From assembly GCA_963724765.1 (NCBI GenBank), contig CAVRVY010000003.1:1280001-1344000 (forward strand): DNA of 64,000 nt, in the 5' to 3' direction. The notes under the pieces are model-generated. The model saw only the letters and a program-made list of their open reading frames with translations, did no database searches and was not told where the DNA came from. This stretch comes from an uncultured delta proteobacterium (GTDB lineage: Bacteria > Desulfobacterota > Binatia > Binatales > Binataceae). Positions 39,801 to 49,288 of this stretch are shown here, in pieces (the stretch's first letter is position 1; the number at the start of each line of letters is the position of its first letter). Both the position numbers and the translations under genes were made by a program.

Positions 39801-40070
39801 ATGACCAGTTTCGCGTTCATCTTCGGCGTGATCCCGCTGATCATGGCAACCGGCGCAGGCGCCGAAATGAGACAGGCCCTGGGCACGGTTGTGTTCTTCG
39901 GCATGATCGGTGTGACATTTTTCGGCGTGTTCCTTACCCCTGTCTTCTATACCGTGATTCGGCACGCCACCGGGCGCCGTCTCGTGCCGGCGGAGAGGTC
40001 GGCCATAAGCCCTTCCACGCCCGCGGCTGATGGAGAAAGACCTCCTGTTGGGCGGGCCGCGCATGGGTAG
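36837..40070 (+). CDS. RND efflux permease (AcrB/MexF-like)
   Basis: FFIDRPVFA, YPGA, GIVVDDAIVVVEN, KNAVLIVEF, RLRPILMTS. Confidence 0.95.
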   Translation: MSIAHFFIDRPVFAIVISIVALIAGSIAAFTLPITQYPEIAPPTVTVSATYPGANAETVAKTVATPIEEQVNGVENMLYMSSQSTNTGNLNLTVTFKVGTNLDMAEVQVQNRVAVALPQLPPEVQLQGVTVKKASPNITLAIAFYSPDGSHNALFISNYVTLEVKDEIARLPGVGDLTVFGARDYAMRLWLDPDQLAVRNMTAGDVVNAVEEQNVQVAAGIIGGPPLPEQSGAFQYTVSAQGRLTDPAQFGDIVVKVGSDGRITRLKDVSRVELGAADYSTTNYYDGHPAVALAVFQLPGTNAISTANVIYAKMEQLKKRFPPGLDYAIAHDTTPFVRESIKDLVKTLLIAVGLVALVVLVFLQSWRASLIPILAIPVSLVGTFAVMWLVGFSLNMLSLFGLVLAIGIVVDDAIVVVENVQRWIEEGLSPRDAAFRAMDEVTPAVIAIAFGLSAVFIPVAFIPGITGRFYQQFALTIAFSTLLSAFNSLTLSPALSALLLRPHGAKQDWLTRVFDFTLGWFFRLFNEGFDLTNRWYIKSLHYVLRYAVITLIVYAGLVYLAYGVFKVVPTGFIPTQDQGYLLVNVQMPDASSIDRTDATIRQLADVGMKTRGISDVFGVSGFSILTRSNSSAAGLIFLHFTPFSQRAGKADMTADAIANRLRKAYSKVEGGQAMVLLPPPVNGIGNAGGFTMQVEDRSGTASPQELEQATQHLIEAARSRPELSMLFSTFHASVPQIYINVDRVKAKQENVSVTDIFQALQVYLGGLYINDFNYLGRTWHVMAQSDAPFRATVAQVSRLKTRNAAGQMVPLGAVSELKDIVGPDRIQRYDLYSSADIIGAAAAGYSSGQALAAMEEVADEELPKQYSYEWTDLAFQEKAASGLAFLVFPLCVLFVWLTHSAEYESFALSTAIILIVPMCLLCGIAAIWVRHMDNNIFTQIGFVVLAGMSVKNAVLIVEFAKQEQEHQPGMKAADAAVEAARLRLRPILMTSFAFIFGVIPLIMATGAGAEMRQALGTVVFFGMIGVTFFGVFLTPVFYTVIRHATGRRLVPAERSAISPSTPAADGERPPVGRAAHG

Positions 40071-40081
40071 GACATTGCCTC

Positions 40082-40630
40082 TCAGGCGGCCGGGGGGATC
40101 GGTTTGAAGTAGATAATTGTGCCGGTGAGGCCGCCGTGGGGTTTCAGCGCGTAGCCAGGGATGACGCCAACGCGATGATAGCCGAGGCGCTCGTAGAACG
40201 CCGCGGCGCCCTCTTCGACGGCGGTGTCGAGCACGAGGAGCGTGCGGCCGCGTTGGACGGCGATGCGCTCGGCTTCCAGCATCAGGCTTCGCGCGACGCC
40301 GCGGCCGCGGCGGCTGACACGGGTCATCAGTTTGGTGATCTCGGCGCGATGCGGCTGGTTGGGCGGCATGGCCAGTTCCAGCGTAACCGTGCCGATCAGG
40401 GTTACCAGGCCGGTCAGATCGTCGCCTTCCCACGCGCCCAGCACCACGCGCCCGCCAACCGCGGCCCGCGCAAGTGAACCCTTCCAGAAGTCCGCCGCGA
40501 CCTCGCGCGCCAGTGGATGCATGAAGCTGACCGAGCCGCCATTCGCGACGACTTCGATCAGAAGGTCGGACAAAGCTGCGATAACTTCAGCATCGTCAGT
40601 CAGCGCGGCAATGCGCACGGTTGAGGTCAC
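40082..40630 (-). CDS. GNAT acetyltransferase
   Basis: GGSVSF, PNQPHRAEI.KL, RGRGVA, LVLDT, FYERLGY. Confidence 0.88.
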   Translation of the reverse strand: MTSTVRIAALTDDAEVIAALSDLLIEVVANGGSVSFMHPLAREVAADFWKGSLARAAVGGRVVLGAWEGDDLTGLVTLIGTVTLELAMPPNQPHRAEITKLMTRVSRRGRGVARSLMLEAERIAVQRGRTLLVLDTAVEEGAAAFYERLGYHRVGVIPGYALKPHGGLTGTIIYFKPIPPAA

Positions 40631-41410
40631 GGTCCAGCTCCTGCCGATCGCGAGGATAGGTCAGGCGTTCGCTGACTCGCTGGCGAACCTAGCGTCCGGC
40701 AACGTACCGGTCAACTCGCCTTTGCGTCGCGCTGTCGGCTCTCCGCATAAGCGACAAGATTTGTTAAGGCGGCATCTGTCCGGGATGCTTTATGTATTCT
40801 TTGAGCAAGAATCGCAGCGCAGGCGGCGCCGACTCGAACTCTGAGGCAAACAGCCGACAGAACTGTCCCTGGTACACTGTCTTCACCTGTCCCGATACGC
40901 ATCCGAAGACCGACAAATCGCCCCATGACCCGTAGCGTTCGGTTGTCTTCGAGGGTGCTCTGCCAGTTGCACCCGTTGGGCTGTGGTAAAAATGGCGCGG
41001 GTCGGTCCTGCTCCACCGTATCGCGAGCCGACGCAGCTTTCCTTTTGACGCACTTCTTAGCCGCGCACCTCTCTCAACCGAAACCGAAGAGGTGCGCCCA
41101 ATTCTGACGCGGAGCGTGAGCGTGCGGGCGTGCCGACCAATGAGTTTAGGTCGGCGCGCCTGCTTGCAAGCAGCGAGGCAACCAATGAAGCCGCGCGGAG
41201 CGGGCTATCCTGCCACAGCGGAGCGCGGCTCTCTTACTTCACTTGATTATTAAAGAAACATCTGCACGCCGATAATGGTCTCACAAGTGCCCACAGCCGG
41301 CTCACGCGGCGGCGGATCGGCCCCGTGTCGTAGAACACAAGATAGAGCTACTGCGCCTCAAGCAGTTTTTACTCGGCCCGCGAGAAGAGATTCCAGTTTC
41401 CATGCAGAAT

Positions 41411-42943
41411 TTAGCGGTCTAGAAAGTTAGGTAGACAGCTTTCCAGTATTCTAAGGTCGCCGTCCAACCGCCACTTTAGTGTTAGAGCTACGGCGCAATC
41501 GAGATAGGCCTGGGTATAGTTCGGCTTAAGTTGAAGGGCTTTTTTATATTTATCAATAGACCCATCGATATCTTGCTTACCGAGGAGCAGCGCGTCACCC
41601 CAGGCGTCATAGAACTCTGGACCACCTTTACTCGCAGAAAGGTCCGCGATTTTCTCCCCTTCTTGAAAAGTAGCGAGCGCGCTATCTATCTCCGCTTCCA
41701 TAAAAAGTGCTTTTCCCAAGTCAGCATACGACACCGCGCTTTTCGGTGCCAATTTGATGGCCGTTCTATACGCTTGTTCGGCCCGTATCGGATCATTCTC
41801 GCCGTAGAGCAGCGCCTTTCCCAAGTCGTCGTAGGCTAACGCGTTGTCTGGAGCGACTGCGATTGCCTTTTGAAATTTACTTACAGCTTCTTCGTACTTG
41901 TGCTCCTCGGCCAGCGCTACACCCCAATCTAGGTAAGCAGTAGAAAAATTAGGGTTGATTTCTATAGCTTGCTGAAATTGCTCGATTGCATAGTTCAGGG
42001 CAGCCTTCGCGCCGGTTTGATGCGCCCATTTGAGAAGCGCGACACCCAAATTATAGTAAGTAGTGGCGTTCTTCGGGTCGTATTTCACTGACAGTCGGAA
42101 CTGCTCAAACGCTTCATTGAATTTGCCCAATTGTACGAGCGCATTACCCTAATTATTATAAGCTAGTGCGGACTTATGATCGAGGTCAATACATTTTCTA
42201 AACTGTTCAATAGCTCCTTTAATATTACCTTGATTCAGCAACACGCGACCCAGGTTGTTGTGCGGGTCTGCGAGCGTTGGGTCTTCTTTTATCGATGTTT
42301 CGAATAGCTGAATTGCTTTTGCCGGATCTTTCTCGACTGCGTTAGCGTAAAGCCCCAGAATAAAAGGATTTTGATACCTAAGAATTTCCTGAGCCACAAC
42401 GTTGATAGCAGCTTGCGGAGAAGTTGTCGGTATCTCATCTTTTGTCGATCTGCGATCCGAATCGGAATGGCTGAACCTGGTTGTGATAGCCAGGTGTTGA
42501 GACGATTCATGACTTCCGGCCGTTTTAGAAACCGCGTTGGGCATCAGGACGATTTCTCCGCTGACCCGAAGAGGCTCAAGTCGAAGAAAATCTTGGAGTA
42601 TCTCTACAACGGTCTTAAAGGACAGACCCGTAGCGGGCACTTCGACATCGAGCATTGATTGGCTGTCGGGAACGGAAAAGTTATCTTTTCGCGCGGTCCG
42701 GGCGTGGTTCTCGATGTTGATTACCTGATCAACTATCTGGTTATCGATAGCTTCGGGAGTATAGCCGGCGTCTTCAAAAGCTTTAGGTACCGAGAACAAT
42801 CCCAATCGAACTACACGGGGGCGGAAGGTTTCGCTAACAAGTTTGTATAGGATCGCCACGCTCAGGATGAAAATGGCAAGTTTAGAAATACGGCGCATCA
42901 CACTTCCGGCGTCGATTCCTCGTGTTCGACACCATTTATACAA
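41411..42943 (-). pseudogene. Membrane-anchored TPR-repeat protein split by an in-frame TAG at 42149-42151
   Basis: The two ORFs share a frame: AYNN-TAG-GNALVQLGKFNEA; repeated AY.DWG.AL / HNNLG TPR motifs; AT-rich relative to the flanks. Confidence 0.8.
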
Positions 42944-43427
42944 GTCGAAGAACCTCGATGGCGTAGCGCGAACCTTGGCCCAGAGCAGACGCCAACTGCC
43001 GGGAGTTGCCCCGGTCGCCCTGCAGACCTTGTTGGTGAGAGTTATTTCTTTTCTCCAGCCGGCGGTTTGCGCAAAATCTCGATTATCTCGGTTTCTCTGA
43101 GAAAACGCCCGCGCTCGTCACGGGATGCCGTGCGCGCGCGTTCGCGCCCAGCGCGCACTTGATGTGGGTTGCGCGCTAAAGCATGGCCGCATCGCGCACA
43201 CAAGTCTGCTCGTTCGAAGCTGTATCGCTGCTGGATTCTCGGCTGGTCTCACTTCTGGGCTGGACGCGTGACGCTTTGAGCTTACTAGCCGCTTGAGTAA
43301 CTGCTTGGGCCACCGCATGGTGAGCGCTATTTTACCGTCTGGAAATGCGCGCTACAAAAAGCCGCGCCCCGGTTCGTCCACAAGTCGGGCGGTTGCCCTC
43401 TGTGGCGCCGGGGCGCAAACTCGCTGA

Positions 43428-43560
43428 ATGGTGCTGGGCGGCTGGACCGACAAGATTTACAGCCGCTACGCTATCGGGGCGGAGAGCGAGCTTGCCTCTG
43501 CCGGGGGCCTCGCCTGAGCGACTACCTGAAACGCTCCGGTTGGCACACTGGTGGCACCGA
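43428..43560 (+). pseudogene. Relic C-terminus of a tyrosine integrase
   Basis: Manual translation MVLGGWTDKIYSRYAIGAESELASAG fits the box II pattern M..GG(H/W)....F.RY.I..E; lies tail-to-tail with the tRNA 3' end; tggcac repeats. Confidence 0.55.
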
Positions 43561-43592
43561 GGCAGAAAATTTAATCAAAGCAAAGGGAATTC

Positions 43593-43688
43593 TGGTGGAA
43601 GAGGGAAGGAGTCGAACCTTCCGGCAAGCGTATTGCCCGCCAGGCCGGTTTTGAAGACCGGTGGGGCCACCGGGCCCCTTCCTCCTCC
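43593..43688 (-). tRNA. selC: tRNA-Sec (UCA), 96 nt
   Basis: 8-bp acceptor GGAGGAGG/CCTCTTCC, 6-bp D stem with 4-nt loop, anticodon arm CCGGT-CTTCAAA-ACCGG, long variable arm, 5-bp T stem with TTCGACT loop, encoded CCA. Confidence 0.95.
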
Positions 43689-43969
43689 GTTCGTGCAACG
43701 GCGCCGCCTAAGCGGCCCGCATCATAGCAGGCGATCTCTCCCAGCGGTATGTTCGCGACATGGAGGGCCGGGATCTCATTGAGGTCATGGTCGAGCAAGC
43801 GGTCCGGCGGAGCGCAGCACGGTCAAGCCTGGGAAAAAGCTGTGCGATGGTGGCAGAGAGTTGCGGAGGTCTCGTGTGAGTTTCCGCGTGAGCGCGTGAA
43901 GCCTTTATGCGATCATTGCAGTGATCAGCCGCGCAATTCATTCACTCCGAACGTTTAAAGCGAGGTCGG

Positions 43970-44746
43970 ATGTCACACGTTTCCAATAGTCTACCGGCGG
44001 AGTTCCGCCGAGGTCTTTATGAGGCAGTTTTTCGTCGGCGCGACATACGCGAGTTCCGTCCCGATCCAATCCCGGACGAAGTCCTCGCACGTGTGTTAGT
44101 AGCAGCTCATCACGCAGGTAGCGTAGGGTTCACACAACCTTGGAATTTCCTGATTGTGCGGGATTTCAAACGTCGTCGTGCGATAAAGCGGCTCTTTGAG
44201 GAAGAACGCGCAAGTAACGCGAATCAGTTCGATGGCGTTCGCCGCGACAAATTCCTCTCGCTTAAGCTTGAGGGTATTTTGGAAGCTCCGCTCAATTTGA
44301 TCGTAACCTGCGAGCGTGGACGCTTCGGTCCAGGAGTCCTCGGCAAGACCGCGATCGAGGACGTCGAGATTTATTCGACCTGTCTCGCTGTGGAAAATCT
44401 ATGGCTCTCCGCGCGCGCTGAAGGTTTGGGCGTAGGATGGGTCAGCATATTGCGCAACGACGAGATCCGAACGATCTTTCGAATACCCGAGTCAATCCTG
44501 CCTATAGCCTACCTTTGCATCGGCTATGTCGATGCGTTTCCGCCTCGTCCAATGCTTGAGCGCTTGGGTTGGGCCGAACGGTTGTCACCACGAGAGCTGC
44601 TTCGTTTCGATTCATGGGACAACGGACCGTGTGAGACTGAGAATCTTTCGCGACTAGTCGAAGACCCGACAATCTGGCGTGATATCTTTCCGGCCGACAG
44701 AAGCTCCCAGACGGATGGGCCGGAACCGACCAAGGTGACTCCTTGA
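43970..44746 (+). CDS. bluB: 5,6-dimethylbenzimidazole synthase
   Basis: RRDIREF, AAHHAGSVGFTQPWNF, LKLEGI.EAP, NLWLSARAEGLGVGWVS. Confidence 0.88.
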   Translation: MSHVSNSLPAEFRRGLYEAVFRRRDIREFRPDPIPDEVLARVLVAAHHAGSVGFTQPWNFLIVRDFKRRRAIKRLFEEERASNANQFDGVRRDKFLSLKLEGILEAPLNLIVTCERGRFGPGVLGKTAIEDVEIYSTCLAVENLWLSARAEGLGVGWVSILRNDEIRTIFRIPESILPIAYLCIGYVDAFPPRPMLERLGWAERLSPRELLRFDSWDNGPCETENLSRLVEDPTIWRDIFPADRSSQTDGPEPTKVTP

Positions 44747-44817
44747 TGTTCACGCGACCTGTCGAAGCCGTCAGCAGAAACAGTCGGGAATTGGCGCGAT
44801 TGCCAGAAAATCAGTAG

Positions 44818-45975
44818 ATGTTTTCAGGCAGCAATCCGAGTATCAATACAGACATCAATTGTGATGAGCGCAAAGGATCCACGAAATTGACCACTGAAGA
44901 ATTTCGCGCTGAGTGGTCTGCGCATCTCGATTCCGCGGCGCGGGACGAAATTCGCGAAACCCGCTTCGTGTACGTTCCCGCCAACCGCCCTCCATGGACC
45001 GCCACCGGAATCGAACTCGCTCCCGGCGAACAAGTGAGTATTTTCTCCGCAGGGCGCGCGTGGCTCGCCGCGAACAGCGCCGTCTGGCAAGGTTCGCATT
45101 TCGCGCTCTGGTTCCGAATCGGTGGAAAAGCGCCTATTTTCCGCGCCTCGCGAGGCTCGCGCACTTTCGTGGTTCAACAGGCGGGCGAGTTGGAGATGGC
45201 CAATATTTTTCCAACCATGTGGGCTGACGAATCCGGCGCGGCCGCGGCGACGGCCGAACTGTTTAAGCGGGCCGCCGGCGGCTTCGACGTGCTCGTGATT
45301 CGGTGGCGCAAGGACGCGGAAGCGGGACTTGAGCAACTCGCCCGCGGGAGCGCCCACAGCGCTCGAATTGCGGCTGGCGAGCTCGCGTCGGTGCGCCAGC
45401 CGCCGCAACCGCCCGCGGGCTGGAAATATCTATGGATGGTCGGTGAATCCGAGGTTTTCAGCGAGATCGAACAGGGCGTCATTCGATGCGACGTCGCTGA
45501 CGAGGCGGCAATTCTTCAAAAGCCCATATCGGCGCTGTTCGATTCCGACACGCAGGTTAGCTGGTCGTGGAAGATCGACTCGCTCCCGACCACAGGTGAC
45601 GAAAGTTCTCTTTCCAACCACGACTATCTGAGCATCGCCGTCGAATTCGATAACGGCCGGGACCTCACCTATTTCTGGAGCGCCGCGCTGGCGCCGGAAA
45701 CCAGTTTTCATTGTCCGGTCTCGATGTGGCGCGGGCGCGAGACGCACCTGGCTGTCCGCACCGGCAACTCCGATCTCGGACGCTGGATAAACGAGAAGCG
45801 CAATCTCTGGAACGACTACGCTAAAGCGATCGGCGGCCCATCGCCCGCACGTATCGTTGCCGTCTGGCTCATCGCGGTCAGCAACTTCCGCCACGGACAC
45901 GGGCGATGTGAGTATCGCGAGATTGAATTGATAGACGGCAGCGGTACCCGAATACCCGTGACCGCGCGACGTTAG
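44818..45975 (+). CDS. DUF3047-domain-like protein
   Basis: WSWKID.LP..HDYLSIAVEFDNG.DLTYFWS..VWLIA pattern. Confidence 0.65.
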   Translation: MFSGSNPSINTDINCDERKGSTKLTTEEFRAEWSAHLDSAARDEIRETRFVYVPANRPPWTATGIELAPGEQVSIFSAGRAWLAANSAVWQGSHFALWFRIGGKAPIFRASRGSRTFVVQQAGELEMANIFPTMWADESGAAAATAELFKRAAGGFDVLVIRWRKDAEAGLEQLARGSAHSARIAAGELASVRQPPQPPAGWKYLWMVGESEVFSEIEQGVIRCDVADEAAILQKPISALFDSDTQVSWSWKIDSLPTTGDESSLSNHDYLSIAVEFDNGRDLTYFWSAALAPETSFHCPVSMWRGRETHLAVRTGNSDLGRWINEKRNLWNDYAKAIGGPSPARIVAVWLIAVSNFRHGHGRCEYREIELIDGSGTRIPVTARR

Positions 45976-46061
45976 ACGCAGCGATCCTGGAGGTATCCGC
46001 TCTCCGGAATTTGAGGACCGGTGCCGCGTCGCCCGGCTTCATATCGTCCGCATATCGCCCG

Positions 46062-47372
46062 CTACTTCGCGCCGTGCCACTTCGCCATGTGATTTACGTG
46101 CGTGTCGAGGTAAAAATCGTCGCCGAAGAAGCGGTCGTAGAATTCCATCTCGCAATGCTGCGCTTGCGCATAGGCGCGCATGTAAAAGCTCGGCACCGTC
46201 GCGGGGAAACGTCCGAAGTTGTCGTAGATGTACTGTGCAACCTCGCCCATCAGCTCGATGAACTCGGGGCTGTAGCGTTCAACGCGCGCCTTGACGCGAG
46301 GGCTCTCGCGGTACGGCCCGGGCCGCTCGGGGTCGAACGCGCCATTGGGTCCAAACTTGAGGTCGACAAATTTCTTCACCGCCGCGCGCATGTCGGCGCA
46401 ATACGGAGGACACAGCCCCTCGAAGTGTTGATCGATTCCAACCGGATTCGGCACTGCCCAGCGCGCGTCGGCGGCGAAGCGGAAGCCGAGTCCGGGAATT
46501 CCTTTGGCGGCGAACGCGCCCATCAGGCTTGGCGGATTGATCCCCGTATACATCCATCCGCCGAGCCCCATCGCCTGCATCGCGAGCACGATGTTGTGGC
46601 ACATCAGGGCCAGCTCCATCGCGCCCGTCGCCAAGCAGTACTGGTCGAACTCGAAAATCGAAAACCGCTTGGCGCCGTCGATCAGGCCCGTCCGCATGAA
46701 GCGATCGAGGTCACCGCACACCCGGCCGTTTTGCGGATCGACCGGCGTAAATCCCATCCCGAGGTACACCGCCATCAGGTCCATCATCTGCTGCGTCAGA
46801 TCGATCACCGGAACGAAGAGCGTAGTGCCCGGCTTGTTCGCATTCCATAGATTATGGGCGCTCGTGTGCGGTGGCTGGGCCGGGACGGTGACGCGTCCGG
46901 GCGCGAGCTTGACGCAGTGCTGCTTGACGGAATCGAAAAGCGCGGCCAAATCAGCCGGTCGATTGCCGCCGAGGATGTCTTGCGGGTCGAGGTCGCGCAG
47001 TTGCGTCAGGTAGGTGCCGTCGTCGTCGGTGAAGATCAGCTCGGAGGCGTAGATCGCCGCGCCGCTCGGATAAGTCCGGCCGAGCAGCCGCATCGGGTAA
47101 TTGCATCCAGTGTCCGGGTCGCCGGCCGAAGTATGTTCCATCCCGGTGTTCCATCCGTTTATCCCCGCGCCGCACATCACCAGCAGCATCCGTTCCGTAT
47201 CGTTGAGCGCGACCGGCTCGTGCTGCGATTCATAGGCGAGCGGGCCGTCGGGAATTTTCATCCCCAGGCCGAAGCGGCGCGCGCGCCGGCCGAACATCGC
47301 ACCGAGCAGCGGAAACGAGGAAAGCTCACGCACCAACGCTTCGGGAGTGGGAGCGGATTTTTTTTCCGCCAT
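46062..47372 (-). CDS. Conserved hypothetical protein, probable nitroreductase-like fold
   Basis: RRARRF, RTYPSG, HNIVLAMQAMGLGGW; GAGG RBS. Confidence 0.6.
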   Translation of the reverse strand: MAEKKSAPTPEALVRELSSFPLLGAMFGRRARRFGLGMKIPDGPLAYESQHEPVALNDTERMLLVMCGAGINGWNTGMEHTSAGDPDTGCNYPMRLLGRTYPSGAAIYASELIFTDDDGTYLTQLRDLDPQDILGGNRPADLAALFDSVKQHCVKLAPGRVTVPAQPPHTSAHNLWNANKPGTTLFVPVIDLTQQMMDLMAVYLGMGFTPVDPQNGRVCGDLDRFMRTGLIDGAKRFSIFEFDQYCLATGAMELALMCHNIVLAMQAMGLGGWMYTGINPPSLMGAFAAKGIPGLGFRFAADARWAVPNPVGIDQHFEGLCPPYCADMRAAVKKFVDLKFGPNGAFDPERPGPYRESPRVKARVERYSPEFIELMGEVAQYIYDNFGRFPATVPSFYMRAYAQAQHCEMEFYDRFFGDDFYLDTHVNHMAKWHGAK

Positions 47373-47469
47373 GATGGTTCGTCCTCTTTTATTGTTCCCG
47401 TCTGTATTGATCCGGCGCGGGTCTTTTCGGACCGCCTATCGTAGCAAAGATCGGTCGTCGCGCAGGAGC

Positions 47470-49284
47470 TTATGTGGGAGGGTTTTGATCGTGGGAGGCG
47501 CGTTGCTTGGCCGGTCCGTGCGCCATCGAAATGTTATAGGCGCTGTTGATGAGCGAGATGTGGGAGAAGGCCTGCGGAAAATTGCCGAGTTGGCGTTTGA
47601 GTTTCGGGTCATACTCCTCGGATAGCAGGCCGACATCGTTGCGCAGTTCGAGCAGCCGGCAGAATATCTCATGCGCCTGCTCATGGCGGCCCATCGCTTC
47701 CAGGCAATCGGCCAGCCAGAACGTGCAGGGCAGGAAAACGCCCTCGCCCGGAGGTAGGCCGTCGACCGCGCCGTCGGGCAGGTAGCGCAGCACCAGTCCA
47801 TCGCTCATCAGCTCGCGCTGAATAGCTTCGACGGTGCTGACTACGCGCTGATCGTTCGCCGGCAGGAAACCCACCAGCGGCATCATCAGCAGCGATGCGT
47901 CGAGCGCGTCGGAGCCGTAGTACTGAACGAATGCTCCGCGCGAGGCGTTGAAGCCCTGGCGGCAAACGTCGTCGTGGATGCGCGTGCGCAAGGCGCGCCA
48001 CTTTTCCAGCGGCCCCTTAACTCCCGTACGCTCGACCGCCTTGACCGCGCGATCCACCGCCACCCACGCCATCATGCGCGAATGCACGAAGGGGCGGCGC
48101 GGGCCGCGCACCTCCCAGATGCCTTCGTCGGGTCTTTCCCAGGCCGTCTCCAAAAAGTCGAGCAGCACGCGCTGCACCCGCCAGGCATCGTCGTCGGCGC
48201 GCAGGCCATAGCGGCTCGCGACGTGCAGCGTGTCTATGATCTCGCCGTAAACGTCGAGCTGGAACTGCTCATGGGCGGCGTTGCCGATCCGCACCGGATG
48301 ACTTTCCTCGTAGCCCGGCAGCCACGACACCTCGAACTCGGTGAGGCGGCGTTCGCCGGCGAGCCCGTACATGATCTGCAACTCCTGCGGATGGCCCGCG
48401 ACGGCGCGCAGCAGCCATCGCCGCCACGCTTGCGCCTCCTCGGTATAGCCGGCGATGAGCAGGGCATAGAGTGTGAAGGTCGCGTCGCGCAGCCAGCAGT
48501 AGCGATAATCCCAGTTGCGCACGCCGCCGATCTTCTCCGGCAGCGAGGTCGTGACGGCGGCGACGATCGCGCCGGTGGGGCTGTAGGTCAGCGCCTTGAG
48601 CGTGATGAGCGAGCGCATCACGGCCTCGCGCCAGGGTCCGCTGAAAGTGCATTGCGCCGACCATTGTTGCCACCAGGCCTCGGTGTCGCGCAGCATTTCG
48701 GCCGGGTCCCGGCCGCGCGGCTCGCCCAGGTGTGAAGGGTAGCGTGTCATCACAAAGGCGACGTTCTGTCCCTCGGCAACTTCGAATTCGCCCACGGTGC
48801 GAAAGTCTTCGCCGCGGAGATCGATCGGCGAGCGTAGTTGCACCGCGTCCGGGCCGGCGATCGCGCGCAAGCCGTACTGGCGCCGCCTCACCCATGGAAC
48901 GGTGCGGCCGTACTCGAAACGCAGGATCGCCTCGGTGCGCATCGGCACCCGGCCCGCGCGCCCTTCGACCACGCGCACCAGGTCGGCTCTGCCGAATCGT
49001 TCGGCGATCGGCATGAAATCGATCACCGCGGCCGTGCCGCCGGCGCATCGGAACTCCGTTTCGAGGATCAGCGTATCGCCGCGGTAGCGGCGGCTCGTCT
49101 GATACGGCTGATCGCGCGGGGCGATCAGCCAGCGCCCATTGTCGGGAGTGCCCAGCAGGGCCGCGAAGCAGGCTGCGGAGTCAAACCGCGGCATGCACAG
49201 CCAGTCGATCGAGCCGTCAAGCCCGACCAGCGCGGCCGTGTGCATATTGCCGATAAGCGCGTAATCCTCGATTCGTAGTGCCAC
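47470..49284 (-). CDS. Glycoside hydrolase family 15 (trehalase/glucoamylase)
   Basis: IEDYALIG, TTSLPE..GG.RNWDYRYCWLRD, GIWEVRG, GLLSEE, GNFPQAFSH. Confidence 0.93.
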   Translation of the reverse strand: MALRIEDYALIGNMHTAALVGLDGSIDWLCMPRFDSAACFAALLGTPDNGRWLIAPRDQPYQTSRRYRGDTLILETEFRCAGGTAAVIDFMPIAERFGRADLVRVVEGRAGRVPMRTEAILRFEYGRTVPWVRRRQYGLRAIAGPDAVQLRSPIDLRGEDFRTVGEFEVAEGQNVAFVMTRYPSHLGEPRGRDPAEMLRDTEAWWQQWSAQCTFSGPWREAVMRSLITLKALTYSPTGAIVAAVTTSLPEKIGGVRNWDYRYCWLRDATFTLYALLIAGYTEEAQAWRRWLLRAVAGHPQELQIMYGLAGERRLTEFEVSWLPGYEESHPVRIGNAAHEQFQLDVYGEIIDTLHVASRYGLRADDDAWRVQRVLLDFLETAWERPDEGIWEVRGPRRPFVHSRMMAWVAVDRAVKAVERTGVKGPLEKWRALRTRIHDDVCRQGFNASRGAFVQYYGSDALDASLLMMPLVGFLPANDQRVVSTVEAIQRELMSDGLVLRYLPDGAVDGLPPGEGVFLPCTFWLADCLEAMGRHEQAHEIFCRLLELRNDVGLLSEEYDPKLKRQLGNFPQAFSHISLINSAYNISMAHGPAKQRASHDQNPPT

Positions 49285-49288
49285 CCGG

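Noticed and set aside
41092-41130. GTGCG start suggesting a group II intron
   Set aside because: No domain V motif or reverse transcriptase ORF nearby.
43689-43969. Cobalamin riboswitch upstream of bluB
   Set aside because: The conserved B12-element motifs are not recognisable.
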